This document shows, piece by piece, positions 58,273 through 64,000 of a DNA stretch of 64,000 nt. Every line of letters begins with the position of its first letter. Position 1 is the stretch's first letter. The stretch spans positions 142,297-206,296 of the IMG/VR virus record IMGVR_UViG_3300008113_000003; one strand, 5' to 3'. Made by a program: the position numbers and the translations under genes. The notes under the pieces were generated by a model. It ran no database searches. It saw only the letters and a program-made list of their open reading frames with translations, and had not been told where the DNA came from.

Positions 58273-58848
58273 ATGTTTTATAAATATGACGAAAAACAAC
58301 TCAAATTTGTTAAGAACAAATTGGGTATAAGGATAGCATTAGGAACCACCATTTTATTGATGGTTGGTTCCTTTTTTATTGGTAGGTATACCAGCGGTAC
58401 ACTCACTAAATATGAAAAAGAGTATATTCATATTAATTGGGAAAAAGAACGTAACGCTATTAATAAAGAAAAACTAGCTAAAGAACTAAAAGAATCTGGT
58501 ATTAAATTCCCACACATTATAATGGCCCAGGCTATTATTGAATCTGGTAATTTTAAGAGCGAACTTTATAAATCAAATAATAATCTATTTGGTATGACAA
58601 TACCTGGTTCAAGAAATACCACCAATATTGCTGTTGATGGTAAATATGCTAAATATAACACATGGCAAAGGTGTGTGCTTGATATGGCTTATCTGCAACA
58701 ATATAATTTAAAGGGTATTAGATTAGGTAATGATGAGGATTACTTTATATATTTGAAAAATAGTAATTACGCTGAAGCTCCGAATTATATAGCCGCTTTA
58801 AAAAACGTAATAGATAAAGAAAATTTAAAATCTTATTTTAATGAGTAA
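58273..58848 (+). CDS. GH73 glucosaminidase with an N-terminal TM anchor (endolysin-like)
   Basis: AQAIIESG, NNLFGM, KYNTW, YAEAPNY; hydrophobic stretch at about residues 20-37. Confidence 0.8.
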   Translation: MFYKYDEKQLKFVKNKLGIRIALGTTILLMVGSFFIGRYTSGTLTKYEKEYIHINWEKERNAINKEKLAKELKESGIKFPHIIMAQAIIESGNFKSELYKSNNNLFGMTIPGSRNTTNIAVDGKYAKYNTWQRCVLDMAYLQQYNLKGIRLGNDEDYFIYLKNSNYAEAPNYIAALKNVIDKENLKSYFNE

Positions 58849-59674
58849 AGAAAAATTAAAAGATATTCTTTCAACACCAACTTATTGTGGGCAAGAACAA
58901 TATCTTATAGCAAAAATAACCAAATATCTTAGTGAAAGTAATCTGGATTATGTTATTGATGAACACGGTAATATCTTCGTAACAAAGGGTATTGCCGAAC
59001 ATTATCCATGTGTTGTTGCACACACTGATTCTGTGCATAGAATTGTTGATATGGATATCTTACATCACCCAGATGAAGAAGACATTATATATGCGGTTGA
59101 AAAAGGCACAAATAAGCCCACTGGCTGCGGTGGGGATAATAAAGCGGGTGTTTATGTATGTTTGGAGTTACTTGAGCGTGTAGAGGTCTTAAAAGCGGCT
59201 TTTTTCGTATCTGAGGAATATGGTTGTTTCGGGTCAACACTAGCAGATGAAGTTTTTTTTCAGGATGTTGGTTATGCTTTACAATTTGATGCACCTGAAA
59301 ACGATTGGGTTACACACTATTGTAATGGTGTTAAGTTATTTGACGAAAATGGTGATTTTTATAAAACAATAAAGCCAATATTGGAAGATTACATGGGTGA
59401 TTATTCTTTAGGTAGACACCCATATACTGATGTTAGTATTCTTGGTGCGTTTTATGATTTTTCATGCATCAACTATTCAGTAGGTTATTATAACATGCAT
59501 TCAAAGATGGAGTATGTTAGTATTAGTTTTGCACAACAAGCCAGAAATATCGCTTTAGAGATCATTACATCCCTGGGTAATATAAAGTACACATTTGTTG
59601 ATGAAAACGTCAGAATTGATAAGGAAAAGGCTAAAGAAAGGGCTTTAAAATCACTTAACGGTTTAAGGAAATAA
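58841..59674 (+). CDS. Zn-dependent aminopeptidase (M20/M28/M42 clan MH)
   Basis: VAHTDSVH, GGDNKAGV, EEYGCFGS, QFD, YYNMHS. Confidence 0.8.
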   Translation: MSKEKLKDILSTPTYCGQEQYLIAKITKYLSESNLDYVIDEHGNIFVTKGIAEHYPCVVAHTDSVHRIVDMDILHHPDEEDIIYAVEKGTNKPTGCGGDNKAGVYVCLELLERVEVLKAAFFVSEEYGCFGSTLADEVFFQDVGYALQFDAPENDWVTHYCNGVKLFDENGDFYKTIKPILEDYMGDYSLGRHPYTDVSILGAFYDFSCINYSVGYYNMHSKMEYVSISFAQQARNIALEIITSLGNIKYTFVDENVRIDKEKAKERALKSLNGLRK

Positions 59675-59704
59675 AAAAAGGGGCGCTAGGCCCCTTTCTT
59701 ATTT
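59673..59704. terminator. Bidirectional terminator
   Basis: AAAGGGGC/GCCCCTTT stem flanked by an A-run and a T-rich run, between convergent genes. Confidence 0.75.
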
Positions 59705-59706
59705 TA

Positions 59707-62700
59707 TTATTTCTTTAAATCTTGGATCTCTTTATCAAGATCTTTTATCGCCTCGATAAGTAAACCAACCAAGTTTGAGTAAGCTACCGCTAAGTGTCCA
59801 TCGGATTCCCTTGTCGAGATAACTTCTGGGACAACTTTTTGAACTTCCTGTGCAATAACACCCATTTTCAAAGATTTATCTTCAATATCATTTCTTGTAT
59901 AGTTAACACCTCTCATATTTCTTACTTTATTTAAGGCATCACTAATTGTAACAACATTGTCCTTAACTCTTTGATCTGAGTATGCAATAACATCAGCAGA
60001 TGCGTAGATAGTACCAGTAACATCTAATGTATATGCTGGAGTAGCGTTGTTAATACCTAATCTTGTATTAGCTATATCCGCTTTCAAGAAGCTAACGCTT
60101 TGTACTTGTGTTGTACTCACAGTTCTAACTAAGTAGTCAGGTTGGTTTGTGAATGAACCACCGCTGATACCTGATGTACCGCTAATTGATTGTCCACTTG
60201 TTCCAGCAACACCTGATGTACCGTTTGAACCATTAATACCTGAAGTACCACCAGCTCCATTTGCACCTGAGTTACCAGCAGCTCCAGCGGTACCATTTGT
60301 ACCATTTGCACCAGATGTACCATTTGTACCAGATGTACCTGAAGAAGCTGACAATCTACCAGTACCAGCCGTACCGCCAGCACCTGAAGTACCAGATGTA
60401 CCTGAAGTACCAGAAGATCCGTTAGCACCCGAAGTACCGTTAGCACCAACACCTGATGTACCAGCACCTGATGTACCTGAAGTACCAGCTGTTGCTGAAG
60501 TACCAGAAGAACCAGCTGTACGAGAAAGACCCGATACACCACCAGTACCAGTTGTACCACCTGTTGCAGAAGAACCTGATAAACCACTAATACCTGAGTT
60601 ACCGTTGTTACCAGACGTACCGTTTGTACCAGTTGATCCTGAAGAACCAGAAGTACGAGATAAACCACTAGCCCCAGCGTTACCATTATTACCAACAGTA
60701 CCGTTTGTACCAGTTGATCCTGAACTACCTGATGTACCACTTGCCTGTGTTACGCCAAAACCTGCGCTTAATGCATTAGCACCCACAGTACCATTTGTAC
60801 CGCTTGATCCTGAAGAACCAGAAGAGCCAGAGTTTGCAGAAGCACCAATGTTACCAGCATTACCTGAAGTACCATTTGTACCAGTTGATCCAGATGAGCC
60901 ACTTAATGCTGACGCACCTATGTTACCCGCAGCACCGTTTGTACCATTAGACCCTGAAGAACCAGATGAACCAGAGGCTCCTGAGTTAGCAACTAAACCT
61001 ATTGTACCGCTTGTACCTGAAGAACCACTTGATCCTGAAGCACCTGATATTCTATCATTACCACTTGTACCCTGAGTACCAGTTGATCCAGAAGATCCAG
61101 ATGAACCAGAGTTTGCCGATAATCCGTTAGCACCAGCATTACCTGAGGTACCGTTTGTACCTGTAGATCCAGACGAACCACTCAATGCTGATGCACCAAT
61201 GTTACCCGCAGCACCATTTGTACCATTTGTTCCCGAAGAACCAGATGTACCTGAAAGTGTACTTGTACCAGAAGGAACAACCAAACCATTTGTACCAGCC
61301 GTACCTGTAGATCCAGATGAACCACTATTACCTGAGTTACCGTTAGCGCCATTGTTACCGTTAGTACCGTTTGTACCATTTGAACCCGATAAACCACTAT
61401 TACCTGAGTTACCGTTAGCGCCATTGTTACCGTTAGTACCAGTAGAACCATTTGTACCACTTAAGCCAGAGTTACCGCTGTTACCATTCACACCGATAGT
61501 ACCATTTGTTCCTGAAGAACCACTTGATCCAGAAGAACCAGATAATCTTGATAAACCTGAAACACCATCTGTACCTGAAGTACCAGTTGATCCAGCTGAA
61601 CCTGAAGAACCTGAGCTTCTGCTTAAACCCGATTGACCATCTGTACCTGAGGTACCTGATGTTCCAGCTGTTGCAGAAGAACCAGCTAATCTACTTAAAC
61701 CTGATGTACCAACCGTACCGTTTGTTCCTGAAGAACCACTTGATCCAGACGAACCTGAAGCACCTGAGTTAGCCATTAAACCGACTGTACCGTTTGTACC
61801 GTTTGAACCACTTGAACCAGATGCACCACTTACAGCGTTGTTACCATTGTTACCTGAGGTACCGTTTGTACCTGTAGATCCAGACGAACCACTCAATGCT
61901 GATGCACCATTACCACCGTTTATACCGTTTGTACCAGTTGACCCTGAAGAACCGCTAGAGCCAGAGTTAGCACTCAATCCGTTGTTACCCGCAGCACCAT
62001 TTGTACCAAACGTACCTGATGATCCTGAAGAACCTGAAAGTGTACTTGTGCCAGAAGGAACGGCTAAACCATTTGTACCAGCCGTACCTGTAGATCCAGA
62101 TGAACCAGAAGATGCTGAAGAACCACTTAATTGTGATAAACCTGAGTTACCAGTTGTACCTGAAGTACCAGTTGAACCACTGGTACCTGAAGAACCAGAG
62201 TTTCTTGATAACCCTGACGCACCATCAGTACCCGCAGTACCAGTTGTACCAGAAGAACCTGAAGTTGCAGAAGAACCAGCTAATCTACTTAAACCTGATG
62301 TACCATTTGTACCATTTGTTCCTGAAGAACCAGATGACCCTGAGGAACCAGAAGCACCTGAGTTAGCCATTAAACCAACAGTACCGTTTGTACCATTAGA
62401 TCCTGAAGAGCCTGAAGCGCCACTTACCGCATTGTTACCATTATTACCGTTAGTACCGTTTGTACCTGTAGATCCAGACGAACCTGAGTTTGCAGAGGCA
62501 CCACTATTACCAGCAGCTCCAGCAGTACCATTTGTACCAGTTGTTCCTGAAGAACCTGAAGAACCCGACAATTGTGATAAACCACTATTACCAGCAACAC
62601 CCGCAGTACCAGTTGTACCAGAAGTTCCTGAAGAACCACTTATCGCAGAAAAAGTACTTTGACCTGAAGTTGCGTTAAGACCGTTTGTACCAGACGTACC

Positions 62701-64000
62701 TGATGAACCAGCTGTTGCTGAAGAACCAGACAACCTACTTAAACCAGAAACACCATCTGTACCTGAAGTACCTGTTGAACCAGCTGATCCAGAAGAACCT
62801 GATGTATCACTTGCAGCGGATATACCATCTGTACCTGAAGTACCTGATGTACCAGCTGTTGCTGAAGAACCAGACAATCTTGATAAACCTGATGTACCAA
62901 CTGTACCATTTGTTCCTGAAGAACCAGATGAAGCAGATGAGCCACTTAATGCGCTTAAACCGTTATTACCAGCATTACCTGAAGTACCATTTGTACCAGT
63001 TGATCCAGATGAACCACTTAATGCTGACGCACCTATGTTACCTGCCACACCATTTGTACCATTTGAACCTGAGGTTGCAGATGAACCACTTAATTGTGAT
63101 AAACCTGAAGCGCCAGCTGTACCTGAAGTACCAGTTGTACCTGATGTCGCTGATGAACCGCTATTTAAGCTTAATCCTGAAGCACCCGCAGTACCATTTG
63201 TTCCTGAAGAACCTGAAGTTGCTGAAGAACCAGAACTACCACTTAAACCACTATTACCTGAATTACCCGCAGTACCATTTGTACCTGTTGATCCTGAAGA
63301 ACCTGAGGTCCCTGAAGATCTACTCAATGCCGATGCACCGTCTGTACCAGCGGTACCAGTTGTTCCAGAAGTACCTGAAGTACCAGCAGAGCCAGATAAT
63401 CTTGACAATCCTGATGTACCAACTGTACCGTTTGTTCCTGAAGAACCTGAAGAAGCGCTTGATCCGCTTAATTGAGACAATCCTGAATTACCAGCTGTTC
63501 CGTTTGATCCGCTCGTACCTGAAGTTGCGGATGAACCAGATGAACCTGCGCTACCACTTAATTGTGATAAACCGTTTGTACCCGCAGTACCTGTTGATCC
63601 AGAAGATGCTGAAGAACCAGCTGTTGCACTCAATCCTGAGTTACCAGCCGCACCTGAAGTACCGTTTGAACCTGTACTACCTGAGCTACCAGATGTACCA
63701 GAAGATCTACTCAAACCAGATTGGCCATTAGTACCTGAAGTACCAGTTGAACCAGCTGAACCTGAGCTACCACTTAATTGTGATAGACCATTTGTACCTG
63801 CTGTACCTGAAGTAGCTGAAGTACCAGCTGATCCTGAAGAACCGCTATTTGCACTAGCACCATTTGTACCGTTTGTACCAGTTGATCCACTTGATCCAGA
63901 TGTTCCACTTGATTTACTTAATGATGATTGACCATCTGTTCCATTTGTTCCAGAAGAACCACTTGTTCCTGAAGAACCTGAAGATCTACTTAAACCTGAT
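59707..64000 (-). CDS. Giant Gly-X-Y Ser/Thr/Asn-rich tail fibre with a C-terminal S74 intramolecular chaperone (5' end beyond the window)
   Basis: The frame stays open from 63999 to the stop at 59707, beyond the TTG start in the track. C-terminus YSDQRVKDN...GVIAQEV...YSNLVGLLIEAIKDL is an S74 chaperone. Confidence 0.85.
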   Translation of the reverse strand, partial: SGLSRSSGSSGTSGSSGTNGTDGQSSLSKSSGTSGSSGSTGTNGTNGASANSGSSGSAGTSATSGTAGTNGLSQLSGSSGSAGSTGTSGTNGQSGLSRSSGTSGSSGSTGSNGTSGAAGNSGLSATAGSSASSGSTGTAGTNGLSQLSGSAGSSGSSATSGTSGSNGTAGNSGLSQLSGSSASSGSSGTNGTVGTSGLSRLSGSAGTSGTSGTTGTAGTDGASALSRSSGTSGSSGSTGTNGTAGNSGNSGLSGSSGSSATSGSSGTNGTAGASGLSLNSGSSATSGTTGTSGTAGASGLSQLSGSSATSGSNGTNGVAGNIGASALSGSSGSTGTNGTSGNAGNNGLSALSGSSASSGSSGTNGTVGTSGLSRLSGSSATAGTSGTSGTDGISAASDTSGSSGSAGSTGTSGTDGVSGLSRLSGSSATAGSSGTSGTNGLNATSGQSTFSAISGSSGTSGTTGTAGVAGNSGLSQLSGSSGSSGTTGTNGTAGAAGNSGASANSGSSGSTGTNGTNGNNGNNAVSGASGSSGSNGTNGTVGLMANSGASGSSGSSGSSGTNGTNGTSGLSRLAGSSATSGSSGTTGTAGTDGASGLSRNSGSSGTSGSTGTSGTTGNSGLSQLSGSSASSGSSGSTGTAGTNGLAVPSGTSTLSGSSGSSGTFGTNGAAGNNGLSANSGSSGSSGSTGTNGINGGNGASALSGSSGSTGTNGTSGNNGNNAVSGASGSSGSNGTNGTVGLMANSGASGSSGSSGSSGTNGTVGTSGLSRLAGSSATAGTSGTSGTDGQSGLSRSSGSSGSAGSTGTSGTDGVSGLSRLSGSSGSSGSSGTNGTIGVNGNSGNSGLSGTNGSTGTNGNNGANGNSGNSGLSGSNGTNGTNGNNGANGNSGNSGSSGSTGTAGTNGLVVPSGTSTLSGTSGSSGTNGTNGAAGNIGASALSGSSGSTGTNGTSGNAGANGLSANSGSSGSSGSTGTQGTSGNDRISGASGSSGSSGTSGTIGLVANSGASGSSGSSGSNGTNGAAGNIGASALSGSSGSTGTNGTSGNAGNIGASANSGSSGSSGSSGTNGTVGANALSAGFGVTQASGTSGSSGSTGTNGTVGNNGNAGASGLSRTSGSSGSTGTNGTSGNNGNSGISGLSGSSATGGTTGTGGVSGLSRTAGSSGTSATAGTSGTSGAGTSGVGANGTSGANGSSGTSGTSGTSGAGGTAGTGRLSASSGTSGTNGTSGANGTNGTAGAAGNSGANGAGGTSGINGSNGTSGVAGTSGQSISGTSGISGGSFTNQPDYLVRTVSTTQVQSVSFLKADIANTRLGINNATPAYTLDVTGTIYASADVIAYSDQRVKDNVVTISDALNKVRNMRGVNYTRNDIEDKSLKMGVIAQEVQKVVPEVISTRESDGHLAVAYSNLVGLLIEAIKDLDKEIQDLKK
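60150..64000 (-). repeat. Gly-X-Y low-complexity coding repeat (SSG/TSG/TNG/TAG units broken by LSRLS/LSQLS/LSALS-type spacers)
   Basis: Read directly from the translation; a higher-order duplication is marked by identical 21-mers at 61762 and 62356. Confidence 0.95.

Noticed and set aside
1335-59294. Short antisense or overlapping ORFs in the track (e.g. 1335-1568, 12590-12949, 33028-33441, 56036-56716)
   Set aside because: They lie opposite or inside well-supported genes and have no recognisable motifs.
60129-63731. Many long plus-strand and alternative-frame ORFs (VP/EP/LP-rich, YQ-rich, VLQV-rich) over the fibre gene
   Set aside because: These are shadow frames created by the GGN/TCN/ACN codon repeat; they lack starts in context and plausible composition.
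1-64000. Stop-codon reassignment, as in some large Bacteroidota phages
   Set aside because: Conserved genes (PolB, terminase, MCP, sheath) are full-length under code 11, and TAG/TGA terminate genes at expected positions.
1-64000. tRNA or rRNA genes
   Set aside because: No cloverleaf with T-loop GTTCRA and proper arms was recognised in the short intergenic regions.
59707-64000. InaZ-type ice nucleation protein
   Set aside because: It lacks the AGYGSTxT 16-residue repeat; any ice binding would have to be by a different GXX architecture.

Overview
A 64-kb slice of a large, AT-rich, T4-superfamily-like myovirus genome, read in the standard genetic code and probably infecting a Bacteroidota host (TTTG-N19/20-TAnnTTTG promoters, DUF4494 gene, A-rich non-SD translation starts). 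It holds most of the morphogenesis module: tape measure start, tail chaperones, tube, sheath, neck, spike, terminase, portal, prohead protease, scaffold and major capsid. These are interleaved with a SNF2 helicase, family B DNA polymerase, dUTPase, PhoH and a gp55-like late sigma factor. Two large glycosylation clusters (21.2-31.3 kb and 51.1-58.2 kb) encode about 10 glycosyltransferase-type proteins, an FkbM methyltransferase, a NodU/CmcH carbamoyltransferase and a TibC/Aah-type protein O-glycosyltransferase. The second cluster lies two genes from a >1400-aa Gly-X-Y, Ser/Thr-rich, Pro-free fibre with an S74 chaperone. Top leads: (1) a phage virion-protein O-glycosylation system acting on Ser/Thr-rich GXY fibres; (2) a macrodomain-like module inserted in the PolB exonuclease domain and flanked by a 9-bp direct repeat; (3) a late-promoter motif, TATTTAT(A/T/G), that is the reverse complement of the T4 late promoter; (4) a candidate +1/-2 G/GT-type frameshift in the tail chaperone. 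All family assignments are from motif recognition by eye; no searches were run.
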